Source: Methanothermococcus sp. SCGC AD-155-E23
GTDB lineage: Archaea; AGJL01; Methanococci; Methanococcales; Methanococcaceae
Reading direction: 5' to 3'
Assembly (NCBI GenBank): GCA_019561615.1
Contig: JAHEQA010000036.1
Span: 27,335 to 91,334, forward strand
DNA: 64,000 nt
Shown here: positions 10,551 to 21,278 of the stretch, piece after piece
How the letters are laid out: each line of letters begins with the position of its first letter
Position numbering within the stretch: the first letter of the stretch is position 1
Translations under genes and position numbers: made by a program
Notes under the pieces: generated by a model
What the model was told of the DNA's origin: nothing
Databases searched by the model: none
Seen by the model: the letters and a program-made list of their open reading frames with translations, nothing else

Positions 10551-11273
10551 TTAACATTCCTCGATACCTACTACACCTAGGAAGTAACTTTGGAATTTCT
10601 CATGGTTTAGAAGAGACTTAGCTGAGCCTCCATAGGCCACCCTACCACTGACGAACATATAACCTACATCACTTATCTCCAGTGCCCTCTTTGCATTCTG
10701 TTCCACTAATATAGGGGTGATATCGTAGTTATCCCTCAACTCCACTATCTTGTCAAATATAACCTGGGCAAGTTTTGGAGACAGTTGTGCAGTAGGTTCA
10801 TCTAACATCAGTATCCTAGTCTTCCTTACAAGGGCTGTTGCCATTGCAAGCATCTGTCTCTGTCCTCCACTAAGGGATCCAGCCTTCCTATCCAGTATAC
10901 CCCTAAGTTCTGGGAACACCTCTAAGGCAAAGTTTATCCTCTCCTCTAACTCATCCCCGTTAAGTATATAGCCAGCTATCCTCAGGTTCTCCCTTACAGT
11001 GAGGTTTGTAAATACGTTGTTTGTCTGAGGTAGATAGGAGATACCCATCTTAGTCTTCTCATGAGGTGGTGTATAGGTTATATCCCTTCCCTCATAGGTT
11101 ACCCTACCTGAGTAGATATCTGTAAGTCCAAAGAGGGATTTGAGGAAGGTGGATTTACCACTACCATTTGGACCTACTATGGTGGTTATCTCTCCCTTGG
11201 GTACCTCTAGATCTATGTCAAAGAGGATCTGTAACTTTCCATATCCTGAGTTAAGTTTTTCCACCTTAATCAC
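10551..11273 (-). CDS. livF: Branched-chain amino acid ABC transporter ATPase (LivF-like)
   Basis: [26 protein letters not shown]. Confidence 0.92.
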   Translation of the reverse strand: MIKVEKLNSGYGKLQILFDIDLEVPKGEITTIVGPNGSGKSTFLKSLFGLTDIYSGRVTYEGRDITYTPPHEKTKMGISYLPQTNNVFTNLTVRENLRIAGYILNGDELEERINFALEVFPELRGILDRKAGSLSGGQRQMLAMATALVRKTRILMLDEPTAQLSPKLAQVIFDKIVELRDNYDITPILVEQNAKRALEISDVGYMFVSGRVAYGGSAKSLLNHEKFQSYFLGVVGIEEC

Positions 11274-12027
11274 CTATATACACCTCCGTAACTTTTGGAT
11301 CCTTTAATACCTTTTCAATCTCATCTCTACCCTTTCCATGGGCTATGACAGAACCGTTGAACATAACGTAGAGGTTGTCCACGTACTTTAATACAATATC
11401 TAAACGGTGTTCCACTATTAAAAAGGATATACCCCTATTCTTCAGCTCAACAACATGGGAGAAGATGTTATGGGCGAGACCGGGAGCTACCCCGGCGATA
11501 GGTTCATCCATTATGATAAGTTTTGGATCTGTTATAAGTGCCCTCCCTATCTCCAACAACTTCATCTGACCACCACTTAGAGATTTGGAGGGATGGTCCC
11601 ATCTGTGATCCAACTTTAAAAACTCCAGTATCTTAAAGGCCCTCTCCACCAACTCCTCCTCTTCCTTCATCCATCTACTGGGAAAGAGGGCATTTGTAAT
11701 TTCCTCACCACTGTGCTTTCTACCTATGAGGACGTTCTCAAGAACTGTCATGGACTTTAAAGGTTCAGGGTTCTGAAAGGTTCTCACTATACCGTAGTTG
11801 TAAATCTCGTGAGGTTCCCTGTTTGTTATATCCCTGTTTTCAAATAACACCCTACCAGAGTCTACCTTTATAAATCCAGATATGGCGTTGATAAGTGTAG
11901 ACTTACCACTTCCATTAGGTCCCATAACCAGTGTTAGTTTATTCCTCTCCACCTCGATACTTACGTTGTCAAGGGCCTTTACCCCATCGAAGGATTTACA
12001 TAGGTTCTTAGTCTCCAAAAGAATCAT
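11266..12027 (-). CDS. livG: Branched-chain amino acid ABC transporter ATPase (LivG-like)
   Basis: [32 protein letters not shown] at 12027 follows AGGTGG. Confidence 0.92.
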   Translation of the reverse strand: MILLETKNLCKSFDGVKALDNVSIEVERNKLTLVMGPNGSGKSTLINAISGFIKVDSGRVLFENRDITNREPHEIYNYGIVRTFQNPEPLKSMTVLENVLIGRKHSGEEITNALFPSRWMKEEEELVERAFKILEFLKLDHRWDHPSKSLSGGQMKLLEIGRALITDPKLIIMDEPIAGVAPGLAHNIFSHVVELKNRGISFLIVEHRLDIVLKYVDNLYVMFNGSVIAHGKGRDEIEKVLKDPKVTEVYIGD

Positions 12028-12120
12028 GATATCCACCTGAGAAAATAAGTACTGAAAAAATAGAACTATCATAATTTTTTATGATAATTGTTGTATAAAT
12101 AATTAATTAAAAAAAGAGGG

Positions 12121-13386
12121 TTATTTCAGCCACTCCACCCTCTTGGTCTCATACCTCCAGATACCTGCCTTTACCCATCCATCCTCTGTTACCATGTATA
12201 TTGCATAATCTCCACTGGCCCTGTCGTTGAATTCGTTAAGCACTATCTTTCCAGAGAGTGGCTTTACACCGTACTCTCCATTGTTGTACTTTTGGATTAC
12301 CTCCCTTATCTTCTCTGTCATAACATCTGCGTCGTACTTACCCTCTGACTCCAGGGTCTCTACGTAGCCCATGGTTAATACCCAGAGGGCGTCGTAGGAT
12401 ATAAGACCGTAGGATGTTGGTGTACCTCCAAACCTCTCCCTGTACCTGTTGATGTACTCCTCAGGACCCTCTGATTCAAAGATGGTACTGTACATTCCAA
12501 CCTTTGAGGTCTTCTCCTTCAACTCCAGGAGTTTGTCACTTTTCACTATACCATCTGATCCTATCCATACAACCTTCAATAGTATGGAGTCCTCTGGGAT
12601 CTGGGAGAAGAGGGTCGCCCCCTCCTCAAACCCTATGTATATAACCCCTACCTTATCCTTACCCTTGGAGTTAACAGCCTTCTTCACATCCTCCTCCACC
12701 TTGGTTATGTAGGGTGACCAGTCTGCAGGTGAGGGGTTACTTGGGTAGGCTATGTAATCTATAACATTTACTCCGTACTTTGGAAGGTTCTTTCTGGTCT
12801 CCTGTGAAAGTCCCTTACCCCAGGCATCGTCCCTGTAGAGTATTACCACGTCCTCTATACCTAAATCTGCCACTAAACTTGCTATGGCCTCACCTTGGAG
12901 GTCGTCACTGGCAACGAACCTGTAGAGGTACTTCTTCTGCTCAGGACTTGTTGCACCTATCAGTGCAGGTAGCGCCGTAGAGGAAGGGGAGATGACAATT
13001 ATCTTGTTGGAGAGTGTGTAGGGCAGTATGGTTTTAACCTCACTACTGGACAGTGGACCTATGAAGAGGTCTACACCTCTTCCCCTTAAAAGTTGAACCT
13101 TCTGAAGTGCCAAGTTAGGATCTAACCTTGTATCTTCTGGCAGGATCTCCACCCTATAGGGCATGTTGTGCTCCTTAAAGTACCTCTCTATGTCCTCCTT
13201 GGCCAACTCCAGGTTATTTTTAGTATCTATACCATGGGTGGACAGAGGACCTGAGAAGTCTACGAGGGCTCCTACCTTTATCACCTTCTCCGATGTGGCA
13301 CCTCCCTGTCCTGTACCGGTGCCAATACACCCTGCCATTAAAAGGGCTAGTATTACCACCCCTATTCCAAGTACTTTCTTCCACAT
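12121..13386 (-). CDS. Branched-chain amino acid ABC substrate-binding lipoprotein (LivK-like)
   Basis: Signal peptide with MAGC lipobox, IKVGALVDFSGPLS, ISPSSTA, YDA. ATG at 13386 follows GGTGG. Confidence 0.9.
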   Translation of the reverse strand: MWKKVLGIGVVILALLMAGCIGTGTGQGGATSEKVIKVGALVDFSGPLSTHGIDTKNNLELAKEDIERYFKEHNMPYRVEILPEDTRLDPNLALQKVQLLRGRGVDLFIGPLSSSEVKTILPYTLSNKIIVISPSSTALPALIGATSPEQKKYLYRFVASDDLQGEAIASLVADLGIEDVVILYRDDAWGKGLSQETRKNLPKYGVNVIDYIAYPSNPSPADWSPYITKVEEDVKKAVNSKGKDKVGVIYIGFEEGATLFSQIPEDSILLKVVWIGSDGIVKSDKLLELKEKTSKVGMYSTIFESEGPEEYINRYRERFGGTPTSYGLISYDALWVLTMGYVETLESEGKYDADVMTEKIREVIQKYNNGEYGVKPLSGKIVLNEFNDRASGDYAIYMVTEDGWVKAGIWRYETKRVEWLK

Positions 13387-13398
13387 TTCAACCACCCC

Positions 13399-13412
13399 GG
13401 AAATCATTTTCC
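13399..13412. promoter_or_regulatory. NrpR-type nitrogen operator upstream of the liv operon
   Basis: GGAA-ATCATT-TTCC matches GGAA-N6-TTCC. It lies between a minus-strand TTTATATT box (13441-13448) and the RBS. Confidence 0.75.
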
Positions 13413-13461
13413 TACTAAGATATATTAGAGGGGTATTGCAAATATAAAAATATTACGACAA

Positions 13462-13755
13462 CTACTCGTACAACTCACATTTCAGAGAGTAAACAATGGT
13501 ATCCTTGGGAAATAGATTTTTGATTTTCTCCCTTATCTCCCTAAGTTCCTCCTCTTCAGGTCTGTATTTTACCTCCTTGTCCAGTGTAAATCCACATCTG
13601 TAGTAGTAGGTGTCACCAACAACCATTCCAATCTCTGGGAACTCTAGAGATCTTACCACTACATCTTCCCCAAGGATCTCCAGTATCCCCTCAAGTATCC
13701 TCTTAAAGTCTATTTTTTCCCTGGTGTAGAACACCCCATCTATCATTATCTTCAT
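13462..13755 (-). CDS. Hypothetical protein
   Basis: About 97-aa ORF with GAGGTGG RBS filling the intergenic gap. Confidence 0.7.
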   Translation of the reverse strand: MKIMIDGVFYTREKIDFKRILEGILEILGEDVVVRSLEFPEIGMVVGDTYYYRCGFTLDKEVKYRPEEEELREIREKIKNLFPKDTIVYSLKCELYE

Positions 13756-13826
13756 CTCTACCACCTCAAATAGTAATAAAAAGAATGAGTCACAAGGTAA
13801 ATATTAAAGCATTTAAGGGGACCTCT

Positions 13827-14975
13827 ATGTTGAAATTTGGTGAGGCAGTACTTGGAAGGGATATTGTTGCCACTGTTAACCTAATAATAGGTAGGGGAGA
13901 GAGGATAGACACTGCATTCACCAATGCATTAACAAGGGTACCTACTCCTATACTGGCAAATCTAAGGGATAACCTTATAGTGAAACCCTTAACCTTGGTA
14001 GTGCCTAGGAACACCTTAACAAGTGATATCCAGTGTAACCTTCTCCACGGTCCTATACAGTACGGAGTGGCAAAGGCTGTTGCAGACTTGGAGCTAGAGG
14101 AGGATCTAAAGTTGATAGTTACAGTCTCTGTACCAGATATACCCTATACCCAACTTAACAAGAGGAAGCTCTTCCACTACTACTACGGTGCTACAAGGTT
14201 GGCTATAAAGAGGGCCCTAAATGACTACCCCTCAAGGGAGAAGGTTAAGGAGGAGAAGTACAGGGCTATTCATCCCCTTGTTGGCTTTAGGGATATTAGG
14301 TTGGAGAGGCCCCCCTATCTCCAGGTTGCATTGGATATACCCTCTATGGAAAATGTGGAGTACGTGCTAGAGTCCCTCCCACCAAGTGACAGGATAATAG
14401 TTGAGGCAGGTACCCCTCTTATTAAGAAGTACGGTATCAATGTTGTGGAGCGTATAAGGGAGATATACGACGGTTTCATCGTTGCAGATCTTAAGACCTT
14501 GGATACAGGGAGGGTGGAGGTGAGGATGGCCTTTGAATCCACGGCAAATGCAGTGATTTTAAGTGGTACAGCACCTAGGGAGACTATACTAAAAGGTATC
14601 CACGAGTGTGAGAGGTGTGGTATAATAAGTTACCTGGACACTATAAACGTAAGTGATCCCTTTGGCCTCTACGACTCCCTGGAGTTGAAACCTGACGTCC
14701 TACTTCTACACAGGGCCATAGATGAGGAGGGTAAGGTACCAATGAGGGAGTACAGGGAGGTTAAGGGAGAGAAGGGGCCCCTCCTAGGTATAGCAGGAGG
14801 TGTTACCCTGGATAAAATAGAGGAGTTAAAGGAGAAATACCACATAATCGTTGTAGGTAGGGGGATTACAAGATCCAGGGATCCTGGCAGAGTTGCAAGG
14901 GCCATAGTGGATAAGTTGGGAGAGGATATAGACCAGTACAGGTTAGAGGAGGATGAAGATGTCCCCCTCAGATGA
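13827..14975 (+). CDS. Bifunctional Fae-like domain / 3-hexulose-6-phosphate synthase
   Basis: N-terminal Fae-like domain (VKPLTLVVP, GPIQYGVAKAVAD) and C-terminal HPS barrel (YLQVALD, EAGTPLIK, DLKTLD, HRAIDEE). Start may be 13785. Confidence 0.9.
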   Translation: MLKFGEAVLGRDIVATVNLIIGRGERIDTAFTNALTRVPTPILANLRDNLIVKPLTLVVPRNTLTSDIQCNLLHGPIQYGVAKAVADLELEEDLKLIVTVSVPDIPYTQLNKRKLFHYYYGATRLAIKRALNDYPSREKVKEEKYRAIHPLVGFRDIRLERPPYLQVALDIPSMENVEYVLESLPPSDRIIVEAGTPLIKKYGINVVERIREIYDGFIVADLKTLDTGRVEVRMAFESTANAVILSGTAPRETILKGIHECERCGIISYLDTINVSDPFGLYDSLELKPDVLLLHRAIDEEGKVPMREYREVKGEKGPLLGIAGGVTLDKIEELKEKYHIIVVGRGITRSRDPGRVARAIVDKLGEDIDQYRLEEDEDVPLR

Positions 14976-16059
14976 TATCATCTCCGTAAGTGATAGCAAC
15001 TTCTTGGAATGTATTAGAGGTAAAAAACCCCTATTTATCTCTGTTATCTCCAGTATAGAGACTACCAGGTATCTCCCTATCTCCGGGGTTAACAGGGAGG
15101 TGATAGAGTATACCCCTGCTGCAGATATGGAGTTGGTAATAAGGGGGAGGAGCCTCTCCCTTCCCTCCCCTCCAGTAGATGCCACCATGTCCCCAAGTCC
15201 TGCAACTATCACCAGGGCAAATGTCCATCTAAAGAATGTCCCTGTTTTAACAGTAGATGCTGGAGCCCTGGTAAAGCCTAAGATACCCCCCTCTACCTAC
15301 ATCCCTGTAGATAGAAAGCCTACTGGAGATATCTCCAAGGGTCTTGCAATGGAGAACTCTAGAAAACTCTTTGAAATTGGCAGGGAGATTGGAAGGAGGT
15401 TAGGGGTTAAGGAGGATTTCCAGGTAGTAGTTATTGGAGAGTGTGTACCAGGAGGTACAACCTCTGCCCTAGGGGTGCTCCTGGGATTGGGTTACGATGC
15501 AGAGGATAAGGTAAGCTCCGGCTCCCTTAAGAACCCCAGGGAGTTAAAGTTAAAAGTTGTTAGAGAGGGTTTAAAGAGGGTAAAATCCAGGGATGTATTT
15601 GATATACTCAACGCCGTTGGAGACAAGATGATGCCTGTTGTTGCAGGGATGGTATTTTCACTGGTTAAATGTAAAAAGTATGTTATCCTAGGTGGAGGTA
15701 CCCAGATGGCCTCAGTACTTGCAGTTATAAAGGAGATAGAGGGGAAGTTAAAAGAGAGTATTTTAGACTCAGGTTACATCTCCCTAGGTACCACAGAGTT
15801 CCTCCTTAGGGATAGACACTCAGATATAAGGGGTTTAGTGGAGGAGATAGGGGAGGATATACCACTGTACGCCGCAAGGTTTCACTACGAGAGATCTAGG
15901 ATAGAGGGGTTGAGGGCCTACTGCAGGGGTGCTGTAAAGGAGGGGGTAGGTGCCGGAGGAATCTCCATATACTCCTATATCAATGGACTCTCCTCGGAAG
16001 ATATAAGGGGTTATGTGGAGGGTAACTATCATCAATGGTATGGAGATAGGAAACTATAA
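14953..16059 (+). CDS. cobT: Archaeal-type nicotinate-nucleotide phosphoribosyltransferase (CobT-like)
   Basis: YTPAADME, GECVPGGT, GGGTQM, VKEGVGAGG. Confidence 0.85.
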   Translation: MKMSPSDDIISVSDSNFLECIRGKKPLFISVISSIETTRYLPISGVNREVIEYTPAADMELVIRGRSLSLPSPPVDATMSPSPATITRANVHLKNVPVLTVDAGALVKPKIPPSTYIPVDRKPTGDISKGLAMENSRKLFEIGREIGRRLGVKEDFQVVVIGECVPGGTTSALGVLLGLGYDAEDKVSSGSLKNPRELKLKVVREGLKRVKSRDVFDILNAVGDKMMPVVAGMVFSLVKCKKYVILGGGTQMASVLAVIKEIEGKLKESILDSGYISLGTTEFLLRDRHSDIRGLVEEIGEDIPLYAARFHYERSRIEGLRAYCRGAVKEGVGAGGISIYSYINGLSSEDIRGYVEGNYHQWYGDRKL

Positions 16060-16112
16060 AAACATTAACATAACTTACTATTTTTATCTTTAATTAAAAA
16101 TAGAGGGAAAAG

Positions 16113-16748
16113 ATGGACATAAAAGATCTAATTCTAAATCCAGATAAATTTTTTAGAGAGCTCTCCACTAGAGAACCCTCCCTTCTACCCCCTTTCCTAA
16201 TTGTTCTAACCCTCTCAGTACTTAGTGCCATCCATGCATATTACAAATTTTCTGTAATAGCCAACATCTTTCCCCCAGATATGCAAGAACTTCTATCTAT
16301 GTTTCTAGTATTTACCCTGTTGACCTCCTTCCTAGGTGGGTTTATAGAATGGGTGCTGGTGGCAGGGATAATGCACCTGATTTCTGCACTGTTTAAGGGG
16401 GAAGGTCCTTTTAAGAGGACCTTGGAGTTTATAGGTTACGGTTTCTTTCCAAACATTGTAGGAGTGTTGCTCACCATATTCATAAGTTACTACTTCCTCT
16501 CAGGTGTAGAGTTACCTACACTAACAATGGAGCAGTTGAAGAACCCTGAAGTTGCAAGGGAGATCCTCGCCTCTATACTTCCAAAGACTATGAAATACAC
16601 CATGGCCTTAATTGAAATTGCAGTTCTCCTCTGGAACTTAGTTCTATGGACCTATGGAATAAAGTATGCCAGAAATTTGGATCTAAACAGGGCATTTATC
16701 GTTGCACTAATACCCACAGTGTTATACCTTATCCACAGATTATTATAG
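16113..16748 (+). CDS. Yip1-domain membrane protein
   Basis: LILNPDKFF start, about 5 hydrophobic segments, F.GEG.F..T..IGYG..P. Confidence 0.85.
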   Translation: MDIKDLILNPDKFFRELSTREPSLLPPFLIVLTLSVLSAIHAYYKFSVIANIFPPDMQELLSMFLVFTLLTSFLGGFIEWVLVAGIMHLISALFKGEGPFKRTLEFIGYGFFPNIVGVLLTIFISYYFLSGVELPTLTMEQLKNPEVAREILASILPKTMKYTMALIEIAVLLWNLVLWTYGIKYARNLDLNRAFIVALIPTVLYLIHRLL

Positions 16749-16776
16749 GGCATGACGTCTACCCTAAGGTGAAGTT

Positions 16777-18264
16777 ATGAGAGGGTTCTTTTTTCTATTT
16801 TTATTTCTTATTTTCAGTATTCCTGTATACGGGGTGGAATTTGTAAACTTTGACTATAAAAATGAGTACCTGGAGCCTGGAAAGACCTACGACCTGTGGG
16901 TTGTAATCCAGGCGGAGGAGGAGATGAACAACAGTGTTGTTGGTATTTACCCTTACGGAGTAGGTAGCCAGTATATTGAGATTCTCAAGGGGAAGGATTA
17001 CATTGGATATCTACCTGAGGGTGTAATAGATGTAGGGCACTTTTTCATACATATTAAGGAGGGCACCCCTTCAGGAGACTACAAGGTGGTAGTCTACTGT
17101 AACTATACAAGGGATGGGAAAAAGTACTCAAACAATAGAGTATTTGAGATTCCAGTGAGGGGAAAACCAGCTTTGACACTGGAGTACACACCTCTAATTG
17201 AGGAGGGGATGAATAGAATCTATATAGTGATAAAGAATGAGGGTACAGGGACAGCTCAGGATGTAAAGATAAGGTTTGAAGAGGGAGAGAATATATACGC
17301 CCTTTCCGAGGGGTACATCCCCTATATAAAACCTGGTGAGGGGAAGGCAATAGAGGTAAAGGTCTATGGGGTAGGTACTGGGATGGCAAAACTACCCTAC
17401 ATACTTCAATACAGCACTCCCTACAACAACCTCCAACTGGTGGAGAAAAGTGAAAGTGAAAGTATACATTCAAAGACTGTAACCTATACCTATAAAAATC
17501 AGAGAAAGGTGGAGGAGAGGGGAAATTTAGTATTCAAGATCATTCCAAGTGATGCCGTGGAGATAGAGGTGAAGAATCCCCTTCTTCCCCTTGGAGAGAT
17601 AACTAACTTTACACTTACCCTTAAAAACAACTACAGAGACACCAGATTCACTGTAATGGTGGGGAGGTACTACATAGGAAACAACAAGAAAAGTCTATTC
17701 CTTAGAAAGGGGGAGGTTAGGAATATAACATTTACCCTAAAGATGGAGGAGGGGGGTATTAAGGAGATCCCTGTGAAGGTGATCTTTGAGGGAAAGGAGA
17801 TAGAGAGAAATATAGCTGTGGATGTAATTGGAAAGGCAGAGTTGGTGTTAACAGGTGTAAATGTAGAGGGAACAGGTGACCTAATTATAACTGGGGACCT
17901 ATCCAACCTGGGAACAGGGAGGGCTAGAGGTGTGTTGATATCCCTTAAGAAAACAGAATATGTAATCCCAATGAAACCCTATGAGAATTACTTTATAGGT
18001 ACCTTGGAACCTAACGACTACGGAAGTTTTGAACTTCACGCCAAGGTGATAAATGAGACAGATGTTATACCAGTGGTTATACAGTACCGTGAGGAGAACA
18101 ACAGAGTGGTTAAGGTGGAGAGGAATATAAGTGTCAGGGGTATGGATATCTACATCTCTGGGAAGAGGGAGGGTGAATACATCCCCCTTATATTTGGGGG
18201 GCTATTCCTCCTTGGAGTTCTTTTTTTACTCTACAGGGTATTTTTAGGAAAGGGGTCTAAATGA
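16777..18264 (+). CDS. COG1361-type surface protein with Ig-like domains
   Basis: Signal peptide, repeated N.GTG.A motifs, C-terminal TM anchor. Confidence 0.75.
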   Translation: MRGFFFLFLFLIFSIPVYGVEFVNFDYKNEYLEPGKTYDLWVVIQAEEEMNNSVVGIYPYGVGSQYIEILKGKDYIGYLPEGVIDVGHFFIHIKEGTPSGDYKVVVYCNYTRDGKKYSNNRVFEIPVRGKPALTLEYTPLIEEGMNRIYIVIKNEGTGTAQDVKIRFEEGENIYALSEGYIPYIKPGEGKAIEVKVYGVGTGMAKLPYILQYSTPYNNLQLVEKSESESIHSKTVTYTYKNQRKVEERGNLVFKIIPSDAVEIEVKNPLLPLGEITNFTLTLKNNYRDTRFTVMVGRYYIGNNKKSLFLRKGEVRNITFTLKMEEGGIKEIPVKVIFEGKEIERNIAVDVIGKAELVLTGVNVEGTGDLIITGDLSNLGTGRARGVLISLKKTEYVIPMKPYENYFIGTLEPNDYGSFELHAKVINETDVIPVVIQYREENNRVVKVERNISVRGMDIYISGKREGEYIPLIFGGLFLLGVLFLLYRVFLGKGSK

Positions 18265-18938
18265 TAGAGCTTAGGGATGTGACAAAGACCTACAGGGTAG
18301 GAGGTGAGGTAATCTACGCCCTGAGGAGTATAAACTTAAAGATAGGGAGTGGGGAATTTGTGGCAGTTATGGGGCCTAGTGGAAGTGGGAAGTCTACACT
18401 GTTAAATATTATGGGATGTCTAGATAGGCCTGACAGTGGAGAGGTGTATATAGATGGTATAAAGACCAGCCATCTAGAGGAGGATAAGTTAACAGAGATT
18501 AGAAGGGATAAGATTGGATTTGTATTTCAACAGTTCAACCTTATACCCCTTTTAACTGCACTGGAGAACGTTGAACTCCCCCTGATATTCAAGTATAGAA
18601 ACAGGCTATCTGAGAGGGAGAGGAGGGAGAGGGCCCTGAGATGTTTAAGGATGGCGGAGTTAGATGAGAGATTTGCAAACCACTATCCCAATCAGTTAAG
18701 TGGAGGACAGCAGCAGAGGGTTGCCATAGCAAGGGCACTGGCAAACAACCCTCCAATTCTACTATGTGACGAACCTACAGGGAGTCTAGACTCAAAAACT
18801 GGAGAGAAGATATTGAAGTTGTTAAAGAGGTTGAACAGGGAGGGAAAAACTGTTGTAGTAGTTACCCACGACAGATCTGTGGCGGAGCACGCCCACAGGA
18901 TTATCTATCTGCGGGATGGGAGGATAGTGAGACAGTGA
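18261..18938 (+). CDS. ABC transporter ATPase (LolD/MacB type)
   Basis: [48 protein letters not shown]. Confidence 0.95.
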   Translation: MIELRDVTKTYRVGGEVIYALRSINLKIGSGEFVAVMGPSGSGKSTLLNIMGCLDRPDSGEVYIDGIKTSHLEEDKLTEIRRDKIGFVFQQFNLIPLLTALENVELPLIFKYRNRLSERERRERALRCLRMAELDERFANHYPNQLSGGQQQRVAIARALANNPPILLCDEPTGSLDSKTGEKILKLLKRLNREGKTVVVVTHDRSVAEHAHRIIYLRDGRIVRQ

Positions 18939-18942
18939 AACC

Positions 18943-20046
18943 ATGTACCTCAAGATGGCAGAGAGGAATCTAAGGAGACATATCTTAAGAAGTACCTTGG
19001 CCTTACTAGGTATTATTATAGGTGTTATGACCATCTCCTCCCTGGGCATTCTAGGAAGTGCCCTGAAGCATATAGTACTTGAGAACTTTGAAGGTTTGGC
19101 AGATTTTGTCCTGGTCTACCCCAACCCTGAAGAGGGATACCTGTACTTCACAAAGAGGGACGTGGACAAATTAAAGAAACTAAGGTATACTGTAATCCCC
19201 ATATCTTTAAAAACTGATTTAGTGTATATCAGGGGAGAAAATAAAAAGAGCTATACAAAGATATACGGTGTAAGGAAGGACCAGATAAGGTACTTGAATC
19301 TGGAAACCCAGGGCAAGTTGGGAGATACAAAGGTATACGTAGATAGTATCTTCGCCAGGAACCACCATCTAGAAGTTGGGGACAGGATAATCCTAAGGAA
19401 CACCTCCTTTAGAATAGCTGGTATTTACAACAGCTCCTTTTTTATAATATCCTCTAACTCCATCATCCTATCTCAGAAGACCCACAGGAGGTTCTACGGC
19501 GACAATTACTCCTTCCTTGTAATCTATGTGAAAGATAGAGGAGAGATAGAGAAAGTAAAAAGGGAAATAGAGAGGATAATGAATAAGAAGGAGAGAAAAG
19601 TCATAGTCCACTCTATGGATAAGATCCTTAAGTCTATGGAGAATATTATAGATAAACTCTCCCTCTTTTTAATGGGTATAGGAGGGATATCCCTTTTAGT
19701 TGCAGGGGTTGGAATTGGTAACATAATGTTAATGAGTACAGTTGAGAGGACCAGGGAGATTGGAATTATGAAAAGTATAGGGGCGTCTAAAAGGGATATT
19801 CTAATGCTCTTTCTATGTGAATCCCTGATCCTAGGTGTTATTGGCAGTGTTCTAGGGGTTTTATTAAGCTTAATATTAGGCTATCTAGTGGTTCACTACC
19901 TGCTAAACTCCTATATAACTTTGGAGGGTTTAGTCTATTCACTACTAGGGTTTTTATTTGGAGTTGGAATCTCTGTAGTTGCATCCCTATACCCTGCCTA
20001 CAAGGCTGCAAATTTAGACCCAGTCAAGGCCCTGAAAAGTGAGTAA
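18943..20046 (+). CDS. ABC transporter permease (MacB/FtsX type)
   Basis: RSTLALLGIIIGV, ERTREIGIMKSIGA, YPAYKAANLDPVKAL. Confidence 0.93.
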   Translation: MYLKMAERNLRRHILRSTLALLGIIIGVMTISSLGILGSALKHIVLENFEGLADFVLVYPNPEEGYLYFTKRDVDKLKKLRYTVIPISLKTDLVYIRGENKKSYTKIYGVRKDQIRYLNLETQGKLGDTKVYVDSIFARNHHLEVGDRIILRNTSFRIAGIYNSSFFIISSNSIILSQKTHRRFYGDNYSFLVIYVKDRGEIEKVKREIERIMNKKERKVIVHSMDKILKSMENIIDKLSLFLMGIGGISLLVAGVGIGNIMLMSTVERTREIGIMKSIGASKRDILMLFLCESLILGVIGSVLGVLLSLILGYLVVHYLLNSYITLEGLVYSLLGFLFGVGISVVASLYPAYKAANLDPVKALKSE

Positions 20047-20060
20047 GAATCTGGGATAGG

Positions 20061-21278
20061 ATGAAGGTACTACTTATAGATCCTAAGATATCAGGCATCT
20101 CTGGGGATATGCTACTCTCTGCACTTATAGATCTCACTGGAGATCTTGAGACGGTGTATAAAATAGCCCAGGTTATAGAGGAGTTGGACAACTGTGAAAG
20201 GTTTAAGGTGGAAATTAGGGAGGAGAGGATAAAGGGAATTAGGGCTAAAAGACTTTATATGGAGATAGTAGAGGATAGGTTGAAAAATCCCCAGGATCTG
20301 AAAGGGGCCATGGAGAAGGTGATAAATAGGTTGGAACTCTCAGGGAGGGTAAGGGATCTATCCCTGAACATCCTGGAGGATCTTATATCTGCAGAGATGA
20401 AGGTACATGGGAGTCATAATATTCATCTCCACGAGATCTCCTCCCTTGACACTATCTTCGATATTCTTGGATGTGTCACACTACTTGAGAGACATGGATA
20501 CCTAGATGGAAAGGTATACTCTACACCTCCAGTACTGGGAGGGGGGTATATTCAGGGGGAGCATGGTATACTCCCTGTACCAGCCCCAAGTACTCTGGAG
20601 ATACTCTGTAAATATAGAATTAAGTACACCAATACTCCTTACACCTCTAACTTTGAGCATACAACACCTACAGGTATAGCAATACTGGCCAACATCGTAG
20701 ATAAAATATTTGACAGCTACCCAGAGATGGTACCTTTAAAGGTGGGATATGGAGGGGGCTCTAAGAGTTTGGAGGATATTCCCAACATCCTCAGAGTAGT
20801 TGAGGGGGAGGTGGATGAGAAGGGGGAGGGAATTGTAGTCCTTGAAACAAATGTAGATGATATACCAGGTGAGGTTGTTGGACACCTATACGAGACACTG
20901 TTTAAGAGGGGTGCCAGGGAGGTCTTCGTTGTAAACGGTATAGGGAAGAAGAATAGACCTACCTATGTTATCACCGTGATTACAGACTATGGAAATCTAG
21001 AAAAGATGGTGGAAACACTTATGGAGGAAACTGGAACCTTGGGGGTGAGGATAAAAGAGGTGGAGAGGATAAAGGCGGAGCGTAGAATTGAGGTATGGAA
21101 CATCAGTATAGAGGGTAGATCCTACAGGTGTAGAGTCAAGGTATCCTACTATAAGGATAGATTAATAAATGTAAAGCCTGAGTACGAGGATGTGAAGAGG
21201 ATAGCAGAGGATCTTAACATGCCCCTTAGATTGGTCTTAAAAAAGATTGAGTGGGAGATATCTAAAAGATTGTCTTAA
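20061..21278 (+). CDS. larC: Nickel-pincer cofactor biosynthesis protein LarC
   Basis: GISGDM, HLHE, HGILPVPAP, TTPTG, LETNVDD, KKNRP, ETGTLG, KPEYED. Confidence 0.92.
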   Translation: MKVLLIDPKISGISGDMLLSALIDLTGDLETVYKIAQVIEELDNCERFKVEIREERIKGIRAKRLYMEIVEDRLKNPQDLKGAMEKVINRLELSGRVRDLSLNILEDLISAEMKVHGSHNIHLHEISSLDTIFDILGCVTLLERHGYLDGKVYSTPPVLGGGYIQGEHGILPVPAPSTLEILCKYRIKYTNTPYTSNFEHTTPTGIAILANIVDKIFDSYPEMVPLKVGYGGGSKSLEDIPNILRVVEGEVDEKGEGIVVLETNVDDIPGEVVGHLYETLFKRGAREVFVVNGIGKKNRPTYVITVITDYGNLEKMVETLMEETGTLGVRIKEVERIKAERRIEVWNISIEGRSYRCRVKVSYYKDRLINVKPEYEDVKRIAEDLNMPLRLVLKKIEWEISKRLS

